From the NCBI RefSeq assembly GCF_963921235.1, contig NC_086097.1:63304001-63368000 (forward strand): a stretch of DNA of 64,000 nt, given 5' to 3'. The position numbers and the translations under genes are program-made. Positions 47,657 through 60,115 of this stretch are shown here, piece by piece (positions within the stretch are counted from its first letter, which is position 1; each line of letters opens with the position of its first letter). The notes under the pieces are model-generated. The model was not told the origin of the DNA, made no database searches, and saw only the letters and a list, made by a program, of their open reading frames with translations. Origin of the DNA: Mobula hypostoma (taxonomy: Eukaryota).

Positions 47657-49557
47657 ATCGCCTGCTGAAGTGTGATGACGATGGTACTCTGTAAAGAAGG
47701 CTGGTTGCTGAAGGAAGATGATCAATTTTATAGTATAGTATAGAAAATTATTTGGGAAATAGACGGGGAGGGATTTTTGAGTTAAAGCAGAGACGGCAAG
47801 TTCCACCACTTTGATGGCATTTCAGACTGCACACGGCATCTGAAAGCAGTCACCCCAGTCTGAGGAGCAGGGCCCTTTTCAGCAGTTTGACCAGTTATCC
47901 ACCAGACAGTTCGGAAGGGGGTGCCACCGGGGAGAGGTCCTTGCAGACATTTACATAGAGGCCACCCCATCCCCTTCCTGTACATCGATGTGAGAGCCTG
48001 TGGGTGCTCCTGGAAGGAGAGTTTCAGCGACCAGAGGCTAAAGGGCTGAAGACAAAGAAATGTGATTAAGATGCAGTCAGCCTGCAGGCACACGAGAGGA
48101 GCTGCATTTCTAAAGACTTGGAACAGCCTCTCTGCTTAACATTTGGTAGGTAGCGATTAGGTAATGCTAAGATAGATATCGAGGTACGTAATTCGGGGGG
48201 GGGGGGTTTGAGACAGGGCATTTTTGCAGCCCTATTTGAGCAGATCCTCCTAGATTGGCCTTTCCTGATACAAATTTAATTTTTGTCCAGGAGGGCCAAG
48301 AGGAGGGACTGTTAGAGTGAGTTTTTTGGATAGATGATTTGTTTACACTTAAATGACTTTGGCCACCAAACTTCTATTTTAACTGCTTGACAAAGGACTG
48401 TGGATTGAGTCCACCACAATGGGCTTCCTATAAGGTGTGAATACCAGATGCTTCTGGCACCATAGTTTGACCAGATGCTATAGTTTCAAAGACAGTATTA
48501 GCTATACATTATAAATATTAATTGTCTTCTATGTTAGCACGTAAAATGCCAAATAAATGTATTGTGGATTGAACTAAAGGCTGTGGATACCAACCCAGAC
48601 ATGTGGCGTTGGAAGGAAGGATGAAATCCGAAGGTGTGATGTTTGTATGTAGCTTCAAGAGCATGCATTGTATATAACTATTTAATTAGCAATTGCCTTT
48701 GTGTTTAGCATATAAATATCGAGCCCACATTGAGAAAGTAGACATTTCTGCGGAAAGCGTCTCCGTCCGTACGATGCCTGCTGTACCTTGTTGTGTCGAA
48801 TAAAGAAGCTGCTTTGTATCTACCAGTGACTCTGTCTCTCCGGTAATTTCACCCACACTACAACAAAGCCCATATCTCTGCAGTAGAAGAGCTGTTTGAA
48901 AGGCTCTCAAAGGCCAACCTTACAGTTAACTTAGCTAAGAGTGAATTTGGCCATGCCACTGTGACCTATCTTGGTTATGTTGTAGGTCAGGGTAGATTGG
49001 CTCCTGTTCAGGCACAAGTTCAGGCTATTTCTGAGTTTCCCGTTCCAACTGGTAAGAAGGCTTTTAGAAGATTTCTGGGAATGGTCGGATATTATCGCAA
49101 GTTCTGTAAGAACTTTGCTGATATTGTCCTTCCATTAACTAACATCCTGAAGAAGGGTGTGAAATTTGTCTGGACAGAGCCTTGCCAGAAGGCATTTGAC
49201 AAATTGAAGGCCATCTTGTGTCATCAACCTGTGCTCAGGTCAGCTAACTTTGCAATGTCATTTTCCACAGCAGTGACTGCCAGTACCGAGGCTGCAGGAG
49301 CGGTGTTATTACAAAGGGATGATCATGATGATGTTGACCATCCTGTGGATTACTTTTCAAACAAATTCAATAAGCATCAAAGAACTTATTCCGCAATAGA
49401 GAAGGAATTATTGTCACTTGTTTTGTCTTTGCACCATTTTCATGTTTATGACCGTACAGCTCAGAAACCACTTGTAGTACATACAGATCATAATCCATTG
49501 GTGTTCTTGAGTAGGATGAAAAACAAAAAATCGGAGGTTGTTGAATTGGAGTTTGAT

Positions 49558-51797
49558 TTTATACTTTATACTTTATACTTTATTGTTGCCAAACAATTGG
49601 TACTAGAACGCACAATCATCACAGCGATATTTGATTCTGCGCTTCCCACTCCCTGGATTACAAATATTAAATGTTAAAGATATTAAAAATAGTTAAAATT
49701 AGTAAATATTAAAAATTTAAATTATAAATCATAAATAGAAAATAGAAAAATGGGAAGTAAGGTAGTGCAAGAAAACTGAGAGGCAGGTCCGGATATTTGG
49801 AGGGTACGGCCCAGATCCGGGTCAGGATCCATTCAGCAGTCTTATCACAGTTGGAAAGAAGCTGTTCCCAAATCTGGCCGTACTAGTCTTCAAGCTCCTG
49901 AACCTTCTCCCGGAGGGAAGAGGGACGAAAAGTGTGTTGGCTAGGTGGGTCCTTGATTATCCTGGCAGCACTGCTCCGACAGCGTGTGGTGTAAAGTGAG
50001 TCCACGGATGGAAGATCGTTTTGTGTGATGTAATGCGCTGTGTTCATAATCTTCTGCAGCTTCTTTCAGTCTTGGACAGGACAACTTCCATACCAGGTTG
50101 TGATGCACCCTAGAAAAATGCTTTCTACTGTGCATCTAAAAAAATTAGTGAAGGTTTTAGGGGACAGGCCAAATTTCTTTAGTTTTCTCAGGAAGTGAAG
50201 GTGCTGGTGGGCCTTCTTGGCAGTGGACTCTGCTTGGTTGGACCAAGTCAGGTCATTTGTGATATTGACCCCAAGGAACTTAAAGCTTTTGACCTGTTCC
50301 ACTTGCCCACCACCGATGTAGATTGGGTTGTACAGTCCACTACTCCTTCTGAAGACAATAACCAATTCCTTCATCTTGCTGACGTTGAGGGATAGGTTAT
50401 AGTCTTCGCACCATGCCACCAGGTTCTTAATTTCCTCTCTGTACTCAAACTTATCATTACCCGAGATACGGCCTACGATTGCTTGTGTCATCAGCAAACT
50501 TATATATTGAGTTTGATATAAAACTTGGCTACACAATCATGGGTGTACAGTGAGTACAGCAGGGGGCTAAGTACACAGCCTTGTGGGGCACCGGTGCTCA
50601 GATTGATTGTAGAGGAGAGCTTGTCTCATATTTTTACAGCCTGGCTCCTGTCTGTGAGGAAGTTCAAAATCCAGCTGCAGATCTGAGTGCTAAGGCCCAG
50701 GTTCCGGAGCTTAGGAATCAGTTTATTTGGAACGATGGTATTAAAGGCAGAGCTGTAGTCAATGAAAAGGAGCCTTATGTATGCGACTTTATTCTCCAGA
50801 TGTTCTAAGGAAGAACGTAGGGCCAGAGAGATGGTATCTGCAGTTGACCTGTTGCTCCGGTAGGCGAATTGCAAAGCGTCGAGGTTGACCGGTAGGCTGT
50901 GGTTGATGTGTGCCAAAACCAATCTCTCGAAGCACTTCATAGCAATTGATGTCAGAGCCACAGGTCGATAGTCATTCAGGTATGCCACCTTGCTCTTCTT
51001 CGGCACTGGGATTATCGTTGCCTTCTTAAAACATGAGGGGATCTTAGACTGAAGCAAAGAGCAGTTGAAGATGTCAGCAAACACTCCAGCTAGCTCGCTT
51101 GCACAGGCCCGGAGAACCTGTCCTGGGATGCCATCTGGGCCCGTCGCCTTCCTTGAATTTATCTTCAGGAAGGCCCTTCTAACGTCCTCCTCGGTGACAA
51201 TGAATCTCGATGCCACCAGGTCCGGTTCATCCGGAGGGAGCGGGACACTCCTCTTCTGTTCGAATTTTGCGTAGAATACGTTAAGTTCATCAGGAAGAGA
51301 AACGCCACAGTTATTGATATTCCCAGCCTTTTCTTTGCGCACCATGATCTCATTTAGACCCTGCCATAGTCTACTGGCATCCCTTTGGTTAGCCTGGGCT
51401 TCCATCTTGGCTCGATATTGCCTCTTGGCGCCCTTAATGGCTTTCCGGAGTTCATGCCTGGATTCCGTGTAGCGACTGGTATCCCCAGACCTAAAAGCCG
51501 CAGCTCTAGCCTTTAAAAGGGACTTGACCTCATAATTCATCCAAGGTTTCCAGTTAGGGAATACCCGGATCGTCTTGCGAGACACACAGTCCTCCGTGCA
51601 TTTCCAAATAAAGTCCGTGACAGCTGAGGCATACTCATTGAGGTTAGTTGCCGAGTCCTTGAATATTAACCAGTCCACCGATTCAAAGCAGTCACGGAGG
51701 ACCTCATCCATTTCTTCTGTCCAACATGACACTACTTTTGACACCATGACCTCCCGCTTCAATTTCTGTTTGTAAGCCGGGAGGAGGAGTATGGCCT
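49558..51797 (-). mobile_element. Rex1/Babar-type LINE, 5'-truncated, inserted in element A RNase H
   Basis: 398-aa frame with KATGPDG, NDYRPVALTS, LQFAYR, LFIDYSSAFN; (tttatac)3 tail. Confidence 0.92.
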
Positions 51798-52121
51798 GGA
51801 GTATAATCTCACGATAACTCACATTAAAGGTAGAGAAAATATAATTGCAGATTGTCTTTCTAGGTGTTAAGCTTGCAATGTACTTTTGATAACAAAATGA
51901 GATGATTATTATACATAATATCTTGTATTGCCTCTTGAATGTGTTGAGTTACTTGGAAACTATTGGGATTGAATGGAATCCGATATTTATATATGCCCCA
52001 CAATATATAAATGTTGTTCCATAGTGTGATATATGGTAATTGTATATGTATTATTTCACATGTAATTTGTAGCTAAAAATTTTGCTGTTACAGATCAAAA
52101 CTTTCCCTTCTTGGGGGGAGG

Positions 52122-52958
52122 TGTTAAATATCAACTTTTTTTAATTAACCGTAAGTGTCATTTAGGCGCGCCTGGACGAGGTGGGGGGGATGACGTCATA
52201 TAACAAACGCGCGGAGGCTTTTTCTATTCAATTCGAGAGGTTTCTGGAAAATCCGTGAGTTAAACGATTAAACGGACCGTGAGCTACCAGCGAGAGAGTG
52301 AATTGAGTTGAGTGAGTTGAAGAGTTCACTATAGCAGTGGGCAGTCCCAATATTTGTCCGTGTCAGAAGACTGAGATAATTTGCAGCACACAGTGCATAT
52401 TGGATACGTGACTGTCACTTTGTATGATCCATACTTGGATTTCTGGAGTATTCTATGGTGACCACTTTTTGTTAACCTATACATTCGGGATTCGGGTGTG
52501 TTACGCGGTGACCACTTGTGTTAAGGAATATTCCGTGACTGTCACCTTGTGATATCCATACGTTGATTTCAGAACTTAGGCGTCACCTTGTTATCCCTGC
52601 GTGGAGTCTAGTATTTAAGTGACAACCACTCGACTTCTGGAATCTTCTGTGACTGTCATCTTGTGTCATCATAATGCGGATTTATGAACCCTACCTCACA
52701 GACACCTGTACCTGTTCCAGTGGATTTCGGAACCTTCTGGATTGTCATCCTAGGACTCTGTTTACATTGTCTATATTTTGGGTTGAGTAAGATTTGGGAA
52801 GAACTGTTCCAAGACCTCCACAGTTTGTGAACTAAGATGCATGGCACTGTTAATTTTTGGTTAGGGTAGTAAGTGTTTTAATCGACTATTAAATTGAAAA
52901 TATAGTTGTTTAACATTAAAAATCTGTGTCTGTGGTCTATTTCTGCTGGCACGTAACA
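52122..52958 (+). repeat. Element A full LTR
   Basis: PPT ttggggggagg then TGTTAAAT...CGTAACA; the 3' part aligns with 34440-34826. Confidence 0.9.
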
Positions 52959-54499
52959 TAAATTGAGGGCTCGTCATTCCTTTTGTGTTAGAGGGATCTG
53001 TTTCAGTGAATGAAGAGTCACCCCCTGTGCCTGTGAAAATTCTTCGAGATACTGGGGCTTCTCAGTCACTCTTGTTGGGCAACGTTCTAGTGTTTTGTGA
53101 TGAGACCACCACTGGTGAAGTGAATCTTATACAAGGCATTGGGGGCAATATTGTTTCTGTAGCTCTGCACAAGGTAATTTTGAAGTCAGACTTAGTATAC
53201 CAGCATTTTTGGAAATAGCTTTCCTCCATACAAAATAGAAAGAGACCATTCTAACCTGTGCTCCCATTTATGTTCACTGACTTTTCACTCATCCTTTTCA
53301 ATCTTTTCTCAGATTTACACAATATTTTTCTGTTCCTTTGCTTTCCGAATATTTAAATTTGTTTGTGAAAGGTTTCCAGCTTTTTGGTTCACAATCTCTT
53401 TTTGAGGTATCAGGTTCCGCATTCCAACCATTCACTGTGAAGATTTTTTTCTTTCCCATTGGATTTATTTAGCACCAATCTTGTATTCTTGACTTCTGGT
53501 TTAGAAACACCTTACAAATGAAGATATTTTCTTTAAATCTACACTTTTGCTTTATGCTCTAGAGATTTAAAATATTCTTATATGTCTGCAGTCCCCTGCA
53601 TTTTTATTACAAGGCCTAATGCAAGCCTCTACTGTCTGGGGATGTTGCTGTCTTCTGGATTCCATATCAAATAACACAACTTCAACTTTCACCGCCGGTA
53701 TCAGAATTGGCCATTTCTGCTGTGAGTTATCCAATAGTGATGACAGCTCAGCTTTATCTCGCCATTAACACAGCTGGCATCTCCCACAGCCCTGCACTTT
53801 GCAACATTTGTATTATGAACTGTTTCCATTAACCCACTGACCCAAGGAACTTTAAAGTTATCCCCACAGCAACCCCGGCTTCACTCAGATTCAGGTTCAC
53901 ATTTATTTATTTATTTATCACATGTACAAAGAAAAATATAGTGTGTCGTTTGCGTTAATAACCAACACAACTGGCAGGCATTCCAGTGCTGACATAGCAT
54001 GCACACAATGTTCAGCAGAACAACACAAGCGGCAACAAAACAAAAACAAAACAACCAGAGCAAGCAAGCCCCATTCCCACCCACTCACACACACAGACAG
54101 GCGTCCAACCCCAGGACAGGCAGCCTCCCAGCTTCCAACCTCCTGTCCTTCACCAGGACTCGCAGACATCAGGCCTCCAATCTCCAGACAAACGAACCTG
54201 GGGCTTTGACCTCTTTACTCATCCACCACTAAACTTCAACCTTTGCCTCTGACCTCCGGAGTCACTGACTTCTGACTCTGGGACTTGCAACCTGGGGGGA
54301 AGTCACTGACCTTTGTCCTTGAGATCTGTTGACCTTGGTCCTTAACTATGGTGATTGCTGGGGATCGCTAGTCTTCGTCCTCGGTGCCTGTCAACCCAAC
54401 CACTATCCTCGGGGATCTTTTTTGTTCTTTTCACAAAGATATACCTGATTATGGAGGGCCTGAGTGAAATCCTAGTAAGTTTTTGTTTTTTTTTTGGTC

Positions 54500-55455
54500 T
54501 ATTTATACTTAGCTAGTGTGTTGAGAATAGATCCAGGGTTAGAGGTATGTTCTTTGTGTGAGATGTGGGAACTCTGGGAGACCTCCATTCTCCCTGGTAA
54601 CTAAATCAGCATGAAATGCACCGAGCTGCAGCTCCTTAGAGACCGTGTTGAGGAACTGGAGCTTCAGCTGGATGACCTTCGGCTCATACAGGAGAATGCG
54701 GAGGCGACAGATAGGAGCTACAGGAGGTAGCCACCCCTATGTTGCAGGAGGCAGGTCTCTGGGTGACTGTCAGGCGAGGGAAAAGGAATAGGAATAGGCA
54801 ACCAATGCAGAGTACTCTGGGGCCATTCCCCTCAATAATAAGTACACCAGTTTTGGAAGAAATGTCCTACCAAGTGGAAACTGCAGCAGCTGGGCCTCAG
54901 GCACCGACTCCGACTCTGTGGCTCAGATGGGAAGGAGGGAGAAGAGGAGTGTAATTGAGATAGGGGATTCCAGAGTCCAGAGTTAGAGTAGTAGCCAGCA
55001 GATTCTGCAGATGTGACAGAGATGCCTGGATGGTATGTTGCCTCTCAGGTACTATGGTCAAGGATGCCTCGGATTAGGTCCACAGCATTAAAAGGGGGGA
55101 GGGTGAACAGCCAAAAATTATGGTATATATTGGTACCAATGACAGAGGTAGGAAAAGGGATGAGGTCCTGAAGAGAGAGTACAGTGAATTAGATAGAAAG
55201 CTGAAAAGCAGGACCTCCAGGGTAGTAATCTCTGGATTGGTGCCTGTGCCACCTGCCAGTGAGGGTAAGAATAGGTTGATTTGGCAGATGAAAATGCGGC
55301 TGAGGAATTGGTTCAGGGTGCAGCCTTTCAGATTTATGGATCATTGGGATTTCTTCTGGAAAAGGTATGATGTACACAGTGGACGGATTACACCTGAATT
55401 TGAAAGTCATCAATGTCCTTGTGGGCAGGTTGGGAGAGTTTAAACTAATTTGGCA
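54500..55455 (+). mobile_element. CR1 LINE ORF1 remnant (zinc finger/coiled coil plus SGNH esterase)
   Basis: CSLCEMW..C.ELQLLRDRVEELELQLDDLR, GDS, YIGTND..RVVISGLVPVP. Confidence 0.85.
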
Positions 55456-55459
55456 GACT

Positions 55460-58400
55460 TCTACTTTTACTGGAAGTTCATCAGGAACTTCAGCTCAATA
55501 GCGGCTCTACTGACAGCTCTGACCAAGAAATCCACAGTCCCCTTTGTCTGAGCTATCGAAGCAGAGATTGCTTTTGCAGAGCTCAAACAATGGTTCACAG
55601 TAGCTCCCATCTTAGTTTCACCTAACCTGGACCCTCCCTTCATTGTGGAGGTGGATGCCTCAGACATCAGATTGTTGCAGTGTTGTCGCAACAATCATCT
55701 TTGGACAGTAAACTGCACCCATGGGCATTCTTCTCCAGGTGCAAACCCCAGCAAAGAGAATCTATGACATTGGGAATTGGGAGCTATTTGAGGTTAAGCT
55801 GGCTTTGGAAGGATGGTGTTACTGGCTTGAGGGGGCCAAGAAATCCTTCATCATTTGGACAGACCACAAAAACCTGATTATATTTAGGAGAGAAAGAGAC
55901 TGAATTCCAAGCAGGCCAGGTGGTCTCTTTTCTTTAACCGCTTTAATTTCATCTTGACATATTCACTGGGGTCAAAAGAAACAGAAACTAGATGCTTTGT
56001 CCCATCAGTTTGACGAATCTGAATGAGTGGAGCAGCCTACCACCATTTTGTCCCAAGCCAAGGTGATAGCGCCAATTCATTGGGGAATCGATACTCTTGT
56101 TCTCATGAGGAAATTCCTAAGAACGGCCCTCCTTGTCAGCTGTTCTTCTCAAGTTCTGTCCGGACTCAGGTACTCCAATGGAGACATTCATCAAGAATGA
56201 CCACTCATCCAAAGATTGCCAGGAGCCTTGAGTTTATCAAGAGAAGCTACTCGTGGCCCGGGATGGTGAAAGAGGTTTGACAATACGTGCAGGCGTGCAA
56301 GGTAGGCGCCTGAAACAAGGAGCCCCTTAACCAAATTCAGGGGCTCCTCCACCCTCTACCTGTTCCAGACAGACCATGGGCACACATCTCCATGGACTTT
56401 GCCATGGGTCTTCCGCCATCCAAAGGGAAGACCATCATCATGGTAACTGTCGACTGGTTTTCGAAGGCCTGCAAATTCATTGCCTTGAACAAGCTACTAT
56501 CTGCAGCAGAGAGGGCCAAAATTGTCCTGGACCAGGTCTTCAGGATCCATGGATTCCCAGTAGACATTGTCATGGACCAAGGTACACAATTCACATCATG
56601 TTTCTGGAGGACGTTCTGTAAGCTGATTGGGGCAACGGAGAGTTTTTCCTCTGGGTTTTACCCGTAGTCCAATGGCCAGACAGAGTGAGTGAACCAAGAT
56701 TTAGAATGAACTCCAGGATGCCTGTGTAACATTTGTGTAGTGCTTGTCTTATCTCCTGTGACTGGTCACCACACTCGTTACAAAAAAAATCAATTTACCT
56801 AGTACTACACTAGTTACCAGTGGGCCATCAGAAGCTCTAGGTATCAGAAGGAGGCAGTTAATGGAAAACACACACTTCTAGAAGTAAGTTTGTTTATAAT
56901 TCTGATTCTAAAAAATAGCAATAATTACAGGAGCAAGAACAATTCAAAATTCCAACATTCTGTTTTAGGTTCCAAATCTCAGATATCAAATGAAATCCAA
57001 ATTCCTTTCTGTTAGAATCGGTGAGCTTCTGTTAGAATCTGTAAGTAACCTTTATTACTCCAACTTCTCTAGCTAATTAGATCTAGTGTTATTCCCTATT
57101 TAAAGGTTTACAGACTGACTTTTCCTTTTTTGCTATTTAAAAAATATTGAATTTCTATTCTTAAGTATTACGGTTAACTTCAGTTTCAGTTCAAGTTAGC
57201 ATGTCTTTAAATTCAAATACAAATTCAAAAATTACATATCTATACAGCTTAACTCCTTTCACACAATTCTCCAACATCACAACTTTCAAACAAAGTAATT
57301 CTCATTCAGTAACTGATCAAGCTCTTTGCAAAAATAATCAGTTTTTGAAGAAAATAGAATTCAGATCCTTTGAAAGAAAATGAACTTATACAGCCAACCA
57401 TATTAAATCCTCTATATCATTAAACATTTTGTTCCCACGCTGGTGCTTCATCTTGTGTGGCTCACCATCTTGTTTCTTGTTTTGTTGGAGTTAACCAGCC
57501 ATGGAAAGACAATTCACAAACTTATACAAAAAAAACCTGATCTGTATAGAACAGGATTATAATCCATAAATTTTCTATTTTCTATTTCAAAGTAACTCAA
57601 TATCACATTGTCATTTCCAAACATTTCTCAGTTACAACACCACTGAACATATCTCACACACAAATTTATACATTCAGAACAATAAAAGTTTTAACTCACC
57701 AAATCCTTTGGTACGATTTAACAGAACTAATTCCCAGTTACACAATAGAGATCTTGGACATTCATCTCTGCCAATATTGTCTCATTATAGCTGCTACTTG
57801 ATATAGCTGTAGGTGCAATAGATCTTTTATCACTATTGTCTCTCCTCCAGAGGTCTCACCCTGAGGATTTCAAGTAAGTAGGGTACTGATACTCATTACT
57901 AATTCCACTTTTAACAGTTTATATCTTTAGTTTCTAATAGTTTGCTGTGTTTCTCTCGCTCTCCCTCACCTGCGTCAGCCACACTTCATTCTCGCATAGC
58001 TTTTTCTCCCCCAAGTTCTTTTTTTTTAATTCAGTAATCCCCGTTTTCATCCCTCCACAGGTGGAGCTTTCTAACGTTACATCTTTGGGTTTAATTAACC
58101 TGGGTTACACGTGGCCTCAGAAAGACCTGACAAGTATAGCGAACATTTGATGTGGGCAGAGACCGGCCGCATCACCTTACAGGATTCAGTGTACAGGATG
58201 TCACCGTTTGAGTGCCAGTTTGTGCATCCTCCACCACTCTTCCCAGATCAGAAGGCTGATGCTGGGGTTCCTGGGGCCGACGATCTTGTCCAATGCTGCA
58301 AGCAAAAATGAACGAGGGCGAAAGAGATTTTGCTGGCCTCTAACCAGAAGGCGGAAACCATGGCTAACCAAAGGAGAAGACAGGGACTCTCTTTGCAGCC

Positions 58401-59148
58401 TGGGCAACAGGTCTGGCTGTCCACTCAGGATTTGCCTCTCTGGGTGAAGTCTAGAAACTTGACACTCAAGTTCATTGGACCCTTCAAAGTCCTGAAGAAA
58501 TTAAACCTGGTGGTTTACATGCTGCAGCTCCCCAAGACTCTGAAGATAAATTCCACTTTCCACATCTCTAAGTTAAAACCTGTGAGCATTAGCTCCACCG
58601 CCATCAGGCCCACTGCCACCCAGGTTTATCAGTGGGGAACAGGTCTTCACCGTGGGAAGAACTTTGGACTCACGAACTGTTCAGGGTGTTCGGCAGTTCC
58701 TCGTGGACCAGGAAGGATTTGAACTCAAGGAGAGCTGCTGGTTGCCTGAAAAGGACATCTTGGACCAGCTCTCATCCATGACTACCATCACCAGCCAGGG
58801 CTGTCAGAAGTCAGCCATTGGAGAGGGGGCCCTGTTACGATATGCACCCATCTGCGCTGGCGTCCGGAATTCCAACACTCTAACTCTCCGGAGTATGGAT
58901 AGCTGGCACAGCCCCCTTACGGATTCAGGAACATCCTACTAATTGACTGCCATATTTTGGCACCAGGATTTCAGTATTTAAGGAGCACCTGAACGGAGGT
59001 TCAATGCTCAATCATAAACTCACTTGGATTATCACCTATCATCTTGATTTGTACTCATTTCTAGTTTGTCTCGTATTGCATCTTGATCCTAATCTCGAAA
59101 ACTCCAGCACTTGAATACTAACCATCCTTGTCAACGTCTTTCGTCACA
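55460..59148 (+). mobile_element. Element D: 5'-truncated chromodomain-bearing gypsy remnant
   Basis: EVDAS, WTDHKNL, PWAHISMDFAMGLP, DQGTQFTS, SNGQTE, KFIGPF, chromodomain LDSR..QFLV..EG....W; PPT; LTR 58833-59148 (TGTTAC...GTCACA). Confidence 0.88.
56725..58109. repeat. AT-rich solo LTR (1385 bp) inserted in element D integrase
   Basis: TGTAAC...GTTACA ends; flanks cctg/cgtg (4-bp TSD with one mismatch); integrase sequence resumes after it. Confidence 0.72.
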
Positions 59149-59720
59149 AAGGGAAGTCAAAGACAACATAAAATCTAAAGAGAGGACATATAATATAGCA
59201 GAAGTTAGTGGGAAATAAGAGGATTGGAAGCTCAATTAGAAAAGCCATCAGGAGAGAAAAAATAATATATGAAGGTAAGGTAGCCAATGATGTAAAAGAA
59301 GATACCAAAAGTTTCTTCAGATGTATAAAGAGTAACAGAGAGGAGAATGAGAATTATCAGACTACTGGAAAAATACACTAGTAATGGGAAACAAATAAAT
59401 GGCGGATATACTTAATAAGTATTTTGCATCACTCTTCACAGTGGAAGTCATTAGCAATATGCCAGAAATTATAGTGTCGGGGGCAGAAGTGAATGTAATT
59501 GTCATTACTAAGGAGAAGGTGCTAAGGAAGCTGAAGGTACATAATAACTCAGATAGGCTGCACCCCAGGGATCTGAAAGGGGTAGCTGAAGAGATTGTGG
59601 AGGCATTAGTGGTGATTTTTCAAGAATCACTGGTTTCTGGACTGGTTCCAGAGGACTGGAAAATTGCAAATGTCACTCCACTCTTTAAGAAGGAAGGGAG
59701 CAGAAAAAAAAAGAAATGTA
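59149..59720 (+). mobile_element. CR1 ORF2 fragment
   Basis: MADILNKYFASLFT..VPEDWKIANVTPLFKK. Confidence 0.88.
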
Positions 59721-60115
59721 GTTCAAAGTTCAAAATAGATTTATTATCAAACTACATAAATATCGCCAAATCCTTGCAGGCATACTCAATAAATCCATAA
59801 TAGAATCAGTGAAATACTGTGACAACTTGGGTCTTCAACCACTGTGCAAAAGACAACAAGCTGTGCAAATACAAAAAGAAAGAAATAATAACAATAAAGA
59901 AATAAGCAACAAATAACCAGAACGTGAAGAGTCCTTGAAAGTGAAACTATTAGTTGTGGGAACATTTCAATGATGGAGCAAATGAGTTGAGTGAGGTTAT
60001 CCCCTATGGTTCAAGAGCTTAATGGTTGAGGGGTAATAACTGTTTCCGAACCTGGTGGTGTAAGTCCTGAGGCTCCTGTGTCTTCTTCCTGATGGCAGCA
60101 GTAGAAAAGAGAGCG
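59720..60115 (-). mobile_element. Rex1/Babar-type LINE 3' end
   Basis: LLPSGRRHRSLRTYTTRFGNSYYP; (gttcaaa)n tail. Confidence 0.8.

Larger units (their letters stand above)
44193..48865 (+). mobile_element. Element C: non-autonomous retrovirus-like LTR element
   Basis: LTRs 44193-44753 and 48310-48865 (TG...CA, about 95% identical by eye); 5-bp TSD aagcc at 44188-44192 and 48866-48870; PBS TGGTGTCAGAATTGGGAT (tRNA-Leu-like) 44756-44773; PPT aagaggagggac. Confidence 0.93.
34440..53197 (+). mobile_element. Element A: gag-less Gmr1-type gypsy LTR retrotransposon, host of four insertions
   Basis: Partial LTR 34440-34826; tRNA-Pro-type PBS tgggggcttgtc 34832-34843 fused directly to protease (ILRDTGA); INT 41811-43430; RT to YIDD at about 44150; RT/RNase H 48871-49557 and 51798-51870 (IADCLSRC*); PPT; LTR 52122-52958; second PBS plus protease to 53197. 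Confidence 0.9.

Noticed and set aside
34440..48865. Gag-less A plus pol-less C as a complementing two-part system
   Set aside because: Different lineages, PBS and LTRs; C disrupts A's RT; nesting explains the adjacency
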